Positions 20,996 through 31,356 of a stretch of DNA of 64,000 nucleotides are shown in pieces. Position numbers and translations under genes: made by a program. Origin of the DNA: a virus (lineage: Duplodnaviria; Caudoviricetes); the IMG/VR virus record IMGVR_UViG_3300028048_000112, positions 1-64,000 of that record; one strand, given 5' to 3'. Within the stretch, counting starts at the first letter, position 1, and each line of letters opens with the position of its first letter. The notes beneath the pieces were generated by a model, which did not search any database, had not been told where the DNA came from, and worked only from the letters and a program-made list of their open reading frames with translations.

Positions 20996-22891
20996 ATGCA
21001 TATTGGTCAATTAACTACCAACAATTCACAAAACTATAAACGCAATATAAAGAAAAAGAAATTCCGTTCATATATGGTTTCAGAGCGTTTCTTGTTAAGT
21101 ATTATAAAGATTCTTGCAAGTGACAATACTATTTTAAGAAGACAATTAATTAATATTAAACGTTTTCTTGAAGTTGTAGATAGAGATTATTATTCTGAAG
21201 ACAATCACATTGATGCAATGTTGATTACATGCGATTCTCTATTAGATACCAAAATGAAACTTGGTACAAGTCTTAAACTAGAAGACATTATTTTCAATAT
21301 AAACCTATTATTGCCTGATGAGGATTATGCCGAAGTAAAGAACGAATTAATCATTCCTCAGATACAAGTTGCAAAGACAGACTCAATAGAAACTGAATTG
21401 AGTTATGTTTCTGCATCACTTGACCAGAACTTGAAATATTCATATATCCTTAATGCTAAAGAAGATCTAATAGATTTGTCTAGTGAACTTACTACATGTT
21501 CTTATAAAGATTTTCCTGATGTGTTAAAAACATTTAGAAATCTTTTGACAGATATGACAGCATATTTCCGTTCAACTGATACGTCAGACACATTGAATAA
21601 AATTATGCACACGTCAGATCCAACATTCTATGATTATCTTTATGATACTTTTGAAGCAATAAGAAATCCTTCATCGTCATTACAAACTGGTTGGGTTGCT
21701 TTGAACTCAGCTTTAGGACCTCGTGGTGGGTTTATAAATAAGAATCTGTACATTTTTCATGCAAATACAAACTCGTTTAAATCGGCTTTGTTATTACATA
21801 TTGCTCGTATGATTAAGCAATATAATGCTGCTAAACTTAGAGAAGAATTTAAACTTACTGGAAAGATTCCTACTATTCTGTTTATAGAAGCAGAAAACGA
21901 TCTTGATGAAGATAATGAACGTCTTTATAAGATGGTGGCTAAGAAAGATATTGGATCCAATACTGGTAGAGCAGAACTCACAGATTCATGGAAACACACA
22001 TTCGATGTCGACAAAGATGAGAATCCTATAGACATTTCTATGCTTCATATCGATGCAAGGTCATTGTCCGTAGATGATATCGATACAAATATCGATATGC
22101 TAGAAGAAGAAGGTTATCATGTAATAGCAGCAGTTGCTGACTATATAGGACTCATTAAACCTCGTGAAGAGGATATGGGTAAAGAAAACCGTATTCAGTT
22201 AAAGAATATTGCTGATGATTTATTGAGCTTAGCAAAGAATAGAAATATTCCTGTAATTACAGCACATCAGTTGAATAGATCTGGTGGTGCAATATTGACT
22301 AATACTAAGATGCAAGGTGGTTCTAATGCTGTTATGCAAATGAGCTCAGAGTTCGTTGGTGAATCATACGGTATTGAACAAGCTGCATCATGGTCAATGT
22401 TTATCGATGTTGAAACTCATGATGGTAAGAAATATCTTACTTGTAAACGTGGTAAAGCCAGAGGTGCAAGAAGTGATAGACCAGGAAGTTCGAAATTCGG
22501 TCTAGAATATTTTGTACTTGAAATAAAGAATGGACTTATTATCGAAGACGATATATTCTTACCAAAGCCATTGTATTATGAATCAATACCAAATACAGAT
22601 TTGAATGCCAATATGAATCCTAATGGTTTAGGAGATAGAGGTGTTATCGACATTAGAGATAAACCAAAAACTCCACCGAAAGGTCATACAATCGATATTA
22701 AACCGTCTGATGATAAATTGCCTGATACTGGTATAAGGTTATCAGATATTCTCATAGATGAACATTGGATGGAAAATCTCGAAAATAACAAAGGTAAGTT
22801 CGAGGATTATTATTCATTCGAAGGTGCAAATGTAGTCGATTGTGATAATGGAACCCACATCTTTATTGGAGATCTAGAGTATGTAATTTAA
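20996..22891 (+). CDS. dnaB: DnaB-like replicative helicase
   Basis: SF4 motifs: LQTGWVALN, variant Walker A HANTNSFKS, VIAAVADYIGLI (Walker B) and PVITAHQLNR. Confidence 0.8.
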   Translation: MHIGQLTTNNSQNYKRNIKKKKFRSYMVSERFLLSIIKILASDNTILRRQLINIKRFLEVVDRDYYSEDNHIDAMLITCDSLLDTKMKLGTSLKLEDIIFNINLLLPDEDYAEVKNELIIPQIQVAKTDSIETELSYVSASLDQNLKYSYILNAKEDLIDLSSELTTCSYKDFPDVLKTFRNLLTDMTAYFRSTDTSDTLNKIMHTSDPTFYDYLYDTFEAIRNPSSSLQTGWVALNSALGPRGGFINKNLYIFHANTNSFKSALLLHIARMIKQYNAAKLREEFKLTGKIPTILFIEAENDLDEDNERLYKMVAKKDIGSNTGRAELTDSWKHTFDVDKDENPIDISMLHIDARSLSVDDIDTNIDMLEEEGYHVIAAVADYIGLIKPREEDMGKENRIQLKNIADDLLSLAKNRNIPVITAHQLNRSGGAILTNTKMQGGSNAVMQMSSEFVGESYGIEQAASWSMFIDVETHDGKKYLTCKRGKARGARSDRPGSSKFGLEYFVLEIKNGLIIEDDIFLPKPLYYESIPNTDLNANMNPNGLGDRGVIDIRDKPKTPPKGHTIDIKPSDDKLPDTGIRLSDILIDEHWMENLENNKGKFEDYYSFEGANVVDCDNGTHIFIGDLEYVI

Positions 22892-22926
22892 TAAAAAATA
22901 CTGGCTATAAAAGCCAGTATTTTTTT

Positions 22927-24132
22927 TTATGCAGCTTTAAAGAATCCACACAAATCATTACAGAGAATAGAAATTTTCCAATAAGCCATAGATTGTGCTT
23001 GGAATCCCTGTACAGATTTAGAAACTGATTGTACACCAGATTTAAGTTCTTCAGGAACATTTTCTTTAGATTTCAAAGTGTTCAATAGTTTTTCTGAGTT
23101 CGCTTTTATTTTAGGAAGGATACCTTTGAGTTTGTTTGCTCTTTCACTGTTTCTTCTAGTGAACTCAAACATATTTTTCATAATAGAAGGTTCGGAGATA
23201 TTAAAAAGAATAATTTCGATTTGATTATCAACCTCTTTCTCATTTGAAGGAATTTCTTTAATCTTTGTATCAGACAATTCTTTCTTTAAGTGGTTGACAT
23301 ATTCAGCATTACCCTTTTCAAATTCTTTAAGTTTTCCTATAACTTCTTTATTGTTATTAGCTACACCATTAAGTATAGTAGAAACTTCGGTATCGATAGT
23401 GCTGGCACGATTTGTAACAGTATCTCCAAGATTATTCATTTTACCAAAATCTGGTCTTGGGGTATAAATAGTACTAAGAAACATCTGTTTAGACATATCG
23501 TTGGCATTCTTGAAACTAGCACAAGTTTTCTTTAAACGTTCATGAAGCTTATTATCAAGTTCTTGACACTCTTTCTCGAAATCTCCAATCTCGTCACCAC
23601 CATTATCGTTGTTTTCTTCATGATTTTTATTTTTTATATTAGGCGGATTATCTTCAATAGATTGATCCAAAGATTCTTTTCCATGTTTATGCTTCTTTCT
23701 GTATTTATACATAGCATATACACGTTTTTCATCGAGACGTTTAATAGGATGCTTAATAAAAATCTTGAAAATAAGATTTACGAAAAATCCTATTACTGCA
23801 CCTATAGCTTTTACTATAGCTCCTACTAAACCTACTATAGCACCGATCAAACCTTCTGAACTGTATAGAGGTACACCATTGATGCTTTCAGAGCTTTTTA
23901 TAGAATTACTATCGATAAAAATGCTATTTCCATACACTTTCTCTAGCTTTTTCACCATTTTTAGCTTAGTTGCAGCATTGTCCTGGGATACTTTTAAGAA
24001 AGTGTTCATAAAATGTATTTCTTCACTAGATCTTACGACATTTGCATAAACTTCGTCGTCATATTCGTCATAAAATTCTTCAGAAGATCTAGTTTCTAAC
24101 GAATCAAGTAATATTTCCATATTATTTACCAT
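22927..24132 (-). CDS. Internal head protein candidate
   Basis: Repeated SSEE/SSES/SSEG motifs precede a hydrophobic GLIGAIVGLVGAIV segment, as in processed phiKZ-type head proteins. Late motif at 24145-24158. Confidence 0.55.
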   Translation of the reverse strand: MVNNMEILLDSLETRSSEEFYDEYDDEVYANVVRSSEEIHFMNTFLKVSQDNAATKLKMVKKLEKVYGNSIFIDSNSIKSSESINGVPLYSSEGLIGAIVGLVGAIVKAIGAVIGFFVNLIFKIFIKHPIKRLDEKRVYAMYKYRKKHKHGKESLDQSIEDNPPNIKNKNHEENNDNGGDEIGDFEKECQELDNKLHERLKKTCASFKNANDMSKQMFLSTIYTPRPDFGKMNNLGDTVTNRASTIDTEVSTILNGVANNNKEVIGKLKEFEKGNAEYVNHLKKELSDTKIKEIPSNEKEVDNQIEIILFNISEPSIMKNMFEFTRRNSERANKLKGILPKIKANSEKLLNTLKSKENVPEELKSGVQSVSKSVQGFQAQSMAYWKISILCNDLCGFFKAA

Positions 24133-24202
24133 CCTTCTACGGGATATATAGAAATGTAAATACTTATTCCGGAAACAAAGCTATATACTTAATTAGAGGT
24201 TA

Positions 24203-25447
24203 TTGGCAATGATTAGATATAAACGATCTGTAGAATCATACGATACTCTTTTCTCAAATACTATTCCAGAACCTAAAAAAGAAGAAGTCATTTATAGTTC
24301 TGAAGGTTTGGATACTGATAAAGAATTTGGTGTTTATGAAAAACTCTACAATAAAATAAAACATAATAGTAAATATAAAGCTGATCTACCTTTGAAAGTT
24401 TATAATTTCATGGCACATGGTATCAGTTTTGATGGTGGTTTTCCTAGACTTAAACGTTTTTTCAAAATCGCTATGCGTAAAGACAATATCAAATCTACTC
24501 CATGTTGGGAAACTATTATAGACGATAATGGAGATTATGATAAGTCTGATTCAAAAGCAAGTAAATATTCATTTGGTGTAGTTTTCGTTTGTCCACCAAT
24601 TGAAAATGAAGTTAAAATGAATAAGTTTGTCAAAACTGCTGATGAAAGATTTAAAGAAGCAAAAAAGAAGATCAAGGAAACTTATAGTAAAGCAGATATT
24701 ACTAAATCTGTTGATGGACCTTTTGATGCAGAAGATTCAAAAGGGAAAAAATATAAAACTATGCTCTATTCTATTAGAGTAGAGATTCCTTTGACATTCT
24801 TTGATGTTAACGAAAAGTCTAATGAAGCATTATTTGACGATGATATAGAACAAAATAATGTATTATCATTTGAAAATGCTCTGCTTTCGCGCGAAGATGA
24901 TGATGCAGGGTCTTTCGAAGACGCTGCGGATGACTCTTCGGGTGGAGACGATTCAGGTGGCGGCGACGGTTGGGGCGATGACTCTGGAGGAATGGACGAT
25001 TCCGGTGGCGATGATGGCGGCTGGGGTGGAGATGATTCTGGAGGCGGAGACGACTGGGGCGGCGATTCTGAAGACGGTGGAGATGATTCAGGTGGTGATG
25101 GCGATGGTGAAAGCAGTGGCATAGATGTCATTGATAACAATAAAGGTTCATCATTGAACCCTTTCACACAGATTAACCATAAAATCTATACCCTTGATAC
25201 GTTGAATGATCTAAGTTATTCTATCAAAAATTCTCTCGACCTTTATACGGATCGTTATGCTGATTGGTCTGAAGTTATTCAGCTTAAAGATTTGGCCGAT
25301 ATAATTGATGAAGAAAAGCGCTCATTTATGATGCAACAGAATCCGGAGAATGATATTAAGTTGGGGTTGTATCTTGAGCAATACAAAATTTTAGTTCAAA
25401 ACATATCACGTCGGATAGAGGGGCTTAAATCTAATAACAAGATTTAA
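24203..25447 (+). CDS. Head/scaffold-like protein with a Gly-Asp low-complexity block
   Basis: Directly upstream of the capsid candidate. SVES/SSEG/SNEA/SRED motifs and GGDD repeats. Late motif at 24174-24185. Confidence 0.5.
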   Translation: MAMIRYKRSVESYDTLFSNTIPEPKKEEVIYSSEGLDTDKEFGVYEKLYNKIKHNSKYKADLPLKVYNFMAHGISFDGGFPRLKRFFKIAMRKDNIKSTPCWETIIDDNGDYDKSDSKASKYSFGVVFVCPPIENEVKMNKFVKTADERFKEAKKKIKETYSKADITKSVDGPFDAEDSKGKKYKTMLYSIRVEIPLTFFDVNEKSNEALFDDDIEQNNVLSFENALLSREDDDAGSFEDAADDSSGGDDSGGGDGWGDDSGGMDDSGGDDGGWGGDDSGGGDDWGGDSEDGGDDSGGDGDGESSGIDVIDNNKGSSLNPFTQINHKIYTLDTLNDLSYSIKNSLDLYTDRYADWSEVIQLKDLADIIDEEKRSFMMQQNPENDIKLGLYLEQYKILVQNISRRIEGLKSNNKI

Positions 25448-25504
25448 GATATGGTTATATGTAATAAGGGATTTATTTCTCTAATTCTCTTACGGAGTTT
25501 TTAA

Positions 25505-27472
25505 ATGTCAAATTCATTTATCAACCACAAACAGATCACAAAAGACGATGCAATTGCCGAATATAAGAGGTACTTGGGAGAATCTAACCAGGGTTACTTC
25601 AAAACCATGGAAGCTTATAACAGAGCTCTCGCTCCTCATCTCGGTGAAAACGCTTTTGGATTTGAAGCATGGAAAAAGATTGTTCAACGCGACGATCTTT
25701 TCAATATTGCTAAGACTCAGATGAAGAAGATTTTTGCTAACGATGTTACAAAGCAGAAGTCTTTTGAAAGATTGTTTGATAACAGCCGTGAAGTTTCTTA
25801 TCAGGCAGATATCATTGGCGATTCCCTCTCTCGTGAAGGTTGGGGTGGCGGTAACGCTGTCTACGCATCTTCTCAGGGCGCTTTCGCTATGGGTGCTACT
25901 CCATTCATTATTGGTGGTTGGCTCGCTGCTGCTCGTTCCGAAGAAATCTTCCAGCACATCGATAACCAGAACACAATGCGTCTGGAATTCGAGTACAATA
26001 TCGATTACCTCCAGGTAGGTGACCAGAAGTTCTACTTCCCACAGGCTTTCCGTTCTGGAGATATCGTTGGTTATAACAAGTTGCCAAAGATTGACTGGAC
26101 AACTCCTAACACAGCTGCTGATGGTACATACACAGCTCCTGCTGGAGAAGATTGGTGTGGTGAAGATCAGTTCATCCTCCTTTCTGCCGGTACTGATGGT
26201 GTTGCTTCTAAAGCACAGGGTAACTTGCTCGAAGTTTCTGGATACAACATCCATAAATATGGTATCGAACCAAACTGGCGTTTGAGTGCTGTTAAGTACA
26301 CGAACGATGGTAAAGACGTTGTGCAGAAATTGCACCTCAACTACTTTATCACAGATCGTCCTAACGAACGCTTGATTAAGGCTTCATTCACACTCAAGAA
26401 TGTTGTTGGTTTTGCTGATCCTATTCCTGTACAGGTCTTTATGAAAGTTAACCTCGACAACGGTGACTTCGTATTGATGACTGCTGCTGGTAATACTGCT
26501 GCTGAAAACGCAGTTATTAAGGGTCTCCAGTTCGATGGTAAGGTTTCTAACATTGCTAACGAAATGACCAACATTCCTACAATGGGTACTGACAAGTATC
26601 AGTTCATCCGTGAATGTGAATACCGCAACTACTCTAAGGTAAGCTTGAACGAGTACATGAGTGACAACTTCCGCATCGGAAGCAACAACAATATCACTTA
26701 TGCTGCTTATGCTACAGACAAGAACCTCCAGTATACACTTTACAACCGTGAATTGGAAGCTGAAGACTTCTTGATCCATGACGTTCTCGATGATTCTATC
26801 GATCCTGAGAGCTTCGAGCTTACTCATAAGCTTGGTTCATTCGTTGTTAACGACCTTAGCTTCAATGTTTCAAGATTCGCACCTGGCCTGAACATTCAGG
26901 ATTACAAGGACGGATTAAAGATTTATCTCAACAAGGTACTCGCTACTGCTGAGACAAACCTTAACATTCCTGCTTCCGTTAAACGTGAATGGATCTTCTT
27001 GGGTTACGATGCTCTTATCACAGAATTCCCTGAAATCAAGTTCCAGACAAATGCTACAGCATTGGATCCTGATGGTGAGGGAGCTGCTAAGAACGAAAAC
27101 TATGGATTCGCAACTGACACTAAGTGTGGTTACATCGATAACCTCGGTCGTCAGGTACGTCTCCTTTCTAACAACGATATCCGTTGGCAGAGACGTGGTA
27201 GTTCCATCTTCGGTACTCTCCGTACTTACAGCATGGAATATCCATTCCTTGTATACTACCCACATGCAATTCGTATGTTTACTGCTATTGATGCTGATAA
27301 TCCTAACCGCACATCAATCTACATTGGTGGTCGCGAGTTCCGTGGTGCATTCGCAGCTGCAGCAGTACAGCTTGAGTTGAATGGTGTACTTGATTCTACA
27401 GGTGTACCAGTTAACAACTTCCAGGCTCAGGTAGCTGATGCAAAGAAGGGTTACGAAACCACACAGCTCTAA
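25505..27472 (+). CDS. Probable major capsid protein
   Basis: 655 aa with strong C-ending codon bias typical of high expression. An N-terminal prodomain ends near LSREG. Strong terminator at about 27488-27528, in a head-gene context. Confidence 0.65.
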   Translation: MSNSFINHKQITKDDAIAEYKRYLGESNQGYFKTMEAYNRALAPHLGENAFGFEAWKKIVQRDDLFNIAKTQMKKIFANDVTKQKSFERLFDNSREVSYQADIIGDSLSREGWGGGNAVYASSQGAFAMGATPFIIGGWLAAARSEEIFQHIDNQNTMRLEFEYNIDYLQVGDQKFYFPQAFRSGDIVGYNKLPKIDWTTPNTAADGTYTAPAGEDWCGEDQFILLSAGTDGVASKAQGNLLEVSGYNIHKYGIEPNWRLSAVKYTNDGKDVVQKLHLNYFITDRPNERLIKASFTLKNVVGFADPIPVQVFMKVNLDNGDFVLMTAAGNTAAENAVIKGLQFDGKVSNIANEMTNIPTMGTDKYQFIRECEYRNYSKVSLNEYMSDNFRIGSNNNITYAAYATDKNLQYTLYNRELEAEDFLIHDVLDDSIDPESFELTHKLGSFVVNDLSFNVSRFAPGLNIQDYKDGLKIYLNKVLATAETNLNIPASVKREWIFLGYDALITEFPEIKFQTNATALDPDGEGAAKNENYGFATDTKCGYIDNLGRQVRLLSNNDIRWQRRGSSIFGTLRTYSMEYPFLVYYPHAIRMFTAIDADNPNRTSIYIGGREFRGAFAAAAVQLELNGVLDSTGVPVNNFQAQVADAKKGYETTQL

Positions 27473-27526
27473 TCTAGGTTAGACTGCTAAAAAAATAACT
27501 GGGGGCCATTGAGCCCCCAGTTCATT

Positions 27527-28393
27527 TTATTTGCCCTTTAGCTGATTGGTGTAGAATTTATCCTGAATAGGATCATTATACAGCAATTTCTCAGTTTCTT
27601 TATTCAAGTCAATGAACTTAGAAAGATCATTTCTTGTCAATACACCTTTACGGCAATACTGTTGAAGAATTGCAACATTCAAAGGTGTTCCCAATTCATT
27701 TAAAATTGCTGAAACTTCTTCAGACGTCATAGTCGAATTCTTGTATGCTTCAACGATTCGTTTAACTTCATTCAAAGATTCGTTATATTCAAGAATGAAA
27801 TTTCTTGGAAGTTTCTTGAAACAATCCGTTAATTCACTTTTAGATGTGTTATAATAATACATCTTACTATCAGGAATACTAAACAATGTTTGAATGAACC
27901 CAAATGTCAAAATCGACAAACTTTGTCCAATTTGATTTAAACCATTTGTACAATTCTGTGATTTTTCTGCGAGTTCTTTCAAATCGTAGAGATATCCTTC
28001 TAATATAGATGGAAATAATTTACCGATAAATGATCTGGTAAATTTCGCCAGGGCATTTAATGTATTTTTATTTTTAACGATTTCTCCATCAATCCCAGTT
28101 ACATTTACACGATTATATTTCAAATCGTAGTAAACCATAAAAGCCAAAACGATTATACCATCTACCATAGCGATATATTTAGTAATATTCATTCCTGTCA
28201 GATAGCACAATCCTAACACAGCTCCTGAAAGTAAAAGTACTTTCATAATAAATTCGAATATGATTATTGCATGGATTTTAATCCTAAACTTAGTCATTCC
28301 AGCAACCACTTTATTGTGCTCTTTCTGAGCGATTGAAATAGCATCAAGGGTTTTATCCCTTACCTTGCTAAACTTTAAAGTAAACTGTTCCAT
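27527..28393 (-). CDS. Hypothetical membrane protein (two N-terminal hydrophobic helices)
   Basis: Start reassigned to ATG 28393 behind a GGAGG SD. Early motif at 28410-28421. Confidence 0.65.
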   Translation of the reverse strand: MEQFTLKFSKVRDKTLDAISIAQKEHNKVVAGMTKFRIKIHAIIIFEFIMKVLLLSGAVLGLCYLTGMNITKYIAMVDGIIVLAFMVYYDLKYNRVNVTGIDGEIVKNKNTLNALAKFTRSFIGKLFPSILEGYLYDLKELAEKSQNCTNGLNQIGQSLSILTFGFIQTLFSIPDSKMYYYNTSKSELTDCFKKLPRNFILEYNESLNEVKRIVEAYKNSTMTSEEVSAILNELGTPLNVAILQQYCRKGVLTRNDLSKFIDLNKETEKLLYNDPIQDKFYTNQLKGK

Positions 28394-28469
28394 AATGGAC
28401 CTCCACTTGTATAATATATAAGTGTATATGATTTTGGACAAAAGTATATAATATTGATGGAGTTTTGTT

Positions 28470-28610
28470 ATGAATACTAACAAAAATACAAAGAAAACTA
28501 TAGTTGTTAACCAATTTGAAGCTCAAATGAACGATGCTAAGAAAGGTTGGCAAGTTAAAGTTATAAAGAAACAGAACGACAACAATAAATCTAATAAAAC
28601 AGGAGAATGA
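28470..28610 (+). CDS. 46-aa basic ORF not in the track (MNTNKNTKKTIVVNQF...)
   Basis: GGAG SD, late motif at 28437-28448; ends 5 nt before the next gene. Confidence 0.45.
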   Translation: MNTNKNTKKTIVVNQFEAQMNDAKKGWQVKVIKKQNDNNKSNKTGE

Positions 28611-28614
28611 AGTT

Positions 28615-30480
28615 ATGCCTTCATCTATTACAACATCTTATGGAGTCGATCCTTTCATCGGAGCTGCAAATACTACAGTACCATTTGAAAGAAAACTTCA
28701 CAATTCATATGATCGACTAACACTTACAATCAACAATATTCTTGAGTTTGCATTAGGTTTTGCATTTGATGCTAACGTAAATCTTGACAAGCTTTTAAAA
28801 GATAGTAATTTCGCAGATCGTTTGGAGAGCATTAAAAGAGATTGTGCGAAGAGAAAGCCAATGGTAGCAATTGATGCTGCGGTTACTGATGACGGAAGTA
28901 TAAATCTTTTAAAAACTGTCGATTTGCTTTGTGATATGACAAGTATTACAAGTCCGTTTGGAATACTCGTTCCTGCATTTAGCGAATCTATTATCAGTTT
29001 CAATAACGACAATTTGTCAGCAGATTTTGATGCAAATCCTGATTCTGTTGTGAAAGTTCAAATAGGAAATTGTAATAACGATTTCCCAATGGACAAATCA
29101 TCACCATTGCACGCTTTCAATTATATGCAATATGCTTTTAGAGTTGTTCCTTATTTCGTAGAAGATAGTGGAATATTCAAAAGCTATAATAACCTCAAGA
29201 ACGTTGATATAAGAAATAAGATAAAATACAATGTTTATTTTGATATAACTCGTTTGTTACATATGATAATATCTCTATATGATCCATCAAATCTTGAACA
29301 AAAGTTTAAGAATAATGGAGAAGATAAAAATAGAGATGCTTATATTAAGACTGGTATGAATGTATTCCGTTCTCTTCCAGAACTTATTGTAAGAAACATT
29401 ATTGCCGAGGTATATACAAATCATGTTTCTGTTCGTTATGGTTGGAAGCATTTCTTGGCATGTCGTGAGAAAATTTCTGATAAATTCATGAAATCTGATT
29501 CTATAAGTATGATTATTAGAAAATCTACACATGATTACATGTCAAATAATCCTACATTTGAATTTGATCCTAACTCAGGAAGTATTCTTGATGTTGGAAA
29601 TTATGGTAGTTATTACGACAGAACAACAGCTTTTTATAATCCCAACATGAGTTTCCTATGGAATCTTTCATCTTATATTACTGGAAACGAATTCAATATC
29701 GATACTGAAGAAACAAAAATGACAATTTCTTCATTAGAGAATATTCTCTTTGGTAAAGCATTTTCAAATTACTTTACCACTTCCGCTATATGGTATCTTG
29801 AAAACAGAAACCTCGATGGAGGATTGACATTGGCTCATAGAAGTTATTCAAGATCATTCTATCAACAGTATGATTCTAATACTCTTCTTGGAGCTACAGA
29901 GTGCATTGATAATTATGTACTTAAGGATTTCTATAAAACCATTATTTCCGAGGTCACACCATTTAAGATTTCAAAACCATATGTGCGCACGATTAAAGAA
30001 ACTAAAGAAAATCTCTTTTTCTATTACTGTAAGACAAGAAAAAAGATATGGCTAGAGTTCGAAATCGCTTTGAGAACTATGATACGTGTAGCAGCATTTG
30101 ATAGATCAAATCTTTCAAAAGAGGCTAATGTATCTTGTTTGCGTTATCTGACAGATATACTAAGAACAATATTCATTTATGATTTTTCTGAAATTTCTTC
30201 ATATGGATGTCATTTGATAAGTCCTGTACCTCGAAGCTCATCATATTCTGAAGATCTAATTACAAATAATGTCACATTAATTGCTAGAATGTTTGATGTT
30301 TTGTCTGGGGATGATTCTTTGCTTAGTACAATTTGTCCTGGTAATTTTTCTTCTGAAGACAAACGAGCATTACCATTTGATACATATATAAGCGTAATGG
30401 ACTGGCAAGAATTCTCAGACAAATTGCGTGAACTTATAGCATCTTTAAGACGATTCAATTACATTCCGTCTGATATATAA
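28615..30480 (+). CDS. Hypothetical protein, 621 aa
   Basis: Long ORF with an AGGAG SD and no recognisable motif. Confidence 0.75.
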   Translation: MPSSITTSYGVDPFIGAANTTVPFERKLHNSYDRLTLTINNILEFALGFAFDANVNLDKLLKDSNFADRLESIKRDCAKRKPMVAIDAAVTDDGSINLLKTVDLLCDMTSITSPFGILVPAFSESIISFNNDNLSADFDANPDSVVKVQIGNCNNDFPMDKSSPLHAFNYMQYAFRVVPYFVEDSGIFKSYNNLKNVDIRNKIKYNVYFDITRLLHMIISLYDPSNLEQKFKNNGEDKNRDAYIKTGMNVFRSLPELIVRNIIAEVYTNHVSVRYGWKHFLACREKISDKFMKSDSISMIIRKSTHDYMSNNPTFEFDPNSGSILDVGNYGSYYDRTTAFYNPNMSFLWNLSSYITGNEFNIDTEETKMTISSLENILFGKAFSNYFTTSAIWYLENRNLDGGLTLAHRSYSRSFYQQYDSNTLLGATECIDNYVLKDFYKTIISEVTPFKISKPYVRTIKETKENLFFYYCKTRKKIWLEFEIALRTMIRVAAFDRSNLSKEANVSCLRYLTDILRTIFIYDFSEISSYGCHLISPVPRSSSYSEDLITNNVTLIARMFDVLSGDDSLLSTICPGNFSSEDKRALPFDTYISVMDWQEFSDKLRELIASLRRFNYIPSDI

Positions 30481-30582
30481 GTAAATTATACTTATATATT
30501 ATCTCTATAACTAACTCGGGCAAAATTGCTGCGTCGCATGTCAATTTGCCCGTTTTACAAAATCTAATATGGGGGTAAAGGT

Positions 30583-30762
30583 ATGATGTTGAAGCTGATC
30601 TATCTAGTATTATCATTATTCAATGACGATAAGTCTAAGAAACCATCTAATCCAGATGAACGAAGAATAGTGTTTACAGATTCTGTAGCATCGTGGTCTC
30701 GTGAAGATCCGATCATCAGTCGATTCTCTTTTAATCAACTTTACAAAGAGATTGAGATCTAA
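30583..30762 (+). CDS. 59-aa ORF not in the track (MMLKLIYLVLSLFNDDK...)
   Basis: AAGG/GGGG upstream; open frame to TAA 30762. Confidence 0.4.
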   Translation: MMLKLIYLVLSLFNDDKSKKPSNPDERRIVFTDSVASWSREDPIISRFSFNQLYKEIEI

Positions 30763-30789
30763 CTTCTGCGATTATACCATTGGACGGTT

Positions 30790-31176
30790 ATGTATTGTGG
30801 CGACTTCTCTACCAATTCGGCATACGAACGTATGAAATCCACATCCGATACCAAAGGTTACAAAACAACTTATTCGAAACAAACGAATTCCGATTCGAAG
30901 AGTAATAGTTCCGGATTTAAAGTAATTACAGGTATAGCGACTGTAGGTTTAATAACTTACATGATATGGAAGAATATTATAAAACCTGCATCAGATGTTG
31001 TATCCAAATTTGCTGGACTATTCGATGAAGAAAACAAAAGTGACAATGTAATGCGTGAAGATGATAGGATTTTACCTGGCACGTGTAGACCAATTTCTAA
31101 GTCTGAACTTCGTGTTATAAATCGAAAATACAGGCCAATTGAGAGAGATGTCAAATACGTAATTTACGACGATTAG
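30790..31176 (+). CDS. Hypothetical protein with one transmembrane helix
   Basis: VITGIATVGLITYMIW segment; terminator at about 31255-31298. Confidence 0.6.
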   Translation: MYCGDFSTNSAYERMKSTSDTKGYKTTYSKQTNSDSKSNSSGFKVITGIATVGLITYMIWKNIIKPASDVVSKFAGLFDEENKSDNVMREDDRILPGTCRPISKSELRVINRKYRPIERDVKYVIYDD

Positions 31177-31297
31177 GTGTGATCTCGGAAGTTGAGTTTA
31201 ACATTGTGTTCTTAGAAAAGACTTTGAATTTATTCGAAGTCTTTTTTTTTCATAAAAAAAAAATAGGAAGATGGGAGGTATCCCATCTTCCTAATCT

Positions 31298-31350
31298 AAA
31301 AAAGAAACTCCCCTACTCACACCCACCTTTCGGCAGGTGCTTTCGGAGAG
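31298..31350 (-). ncRNA. Loop-E (AGUA/GAA) terminator hairpin, copy 1
   Basis: CUCUCC-GAAAG-CACCUGCC-GAAA-GGUGGGUG-UGAGUA-GGGGAG-UUUCUUUUUU. Confidence 0.7.
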
Positions 31351-31356
31351 GCCAGA

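Noticed and set aside
24766-25167. Ser/Pro-rich antisense ORFs, here and at 11237-11740, 25514-26335 and 44740-45459
   Set aside because: They are shadows of low-complexity or codon-biased genes on the opposite strand and lack an SD or promoter.
31298-31350. Hammerhead ribozyme reading of the GAAA/UGAGUA hairpins
   Set aside because: There is no CUGANGA core and no three-way junction; the elements are simple two-stem hairpins.
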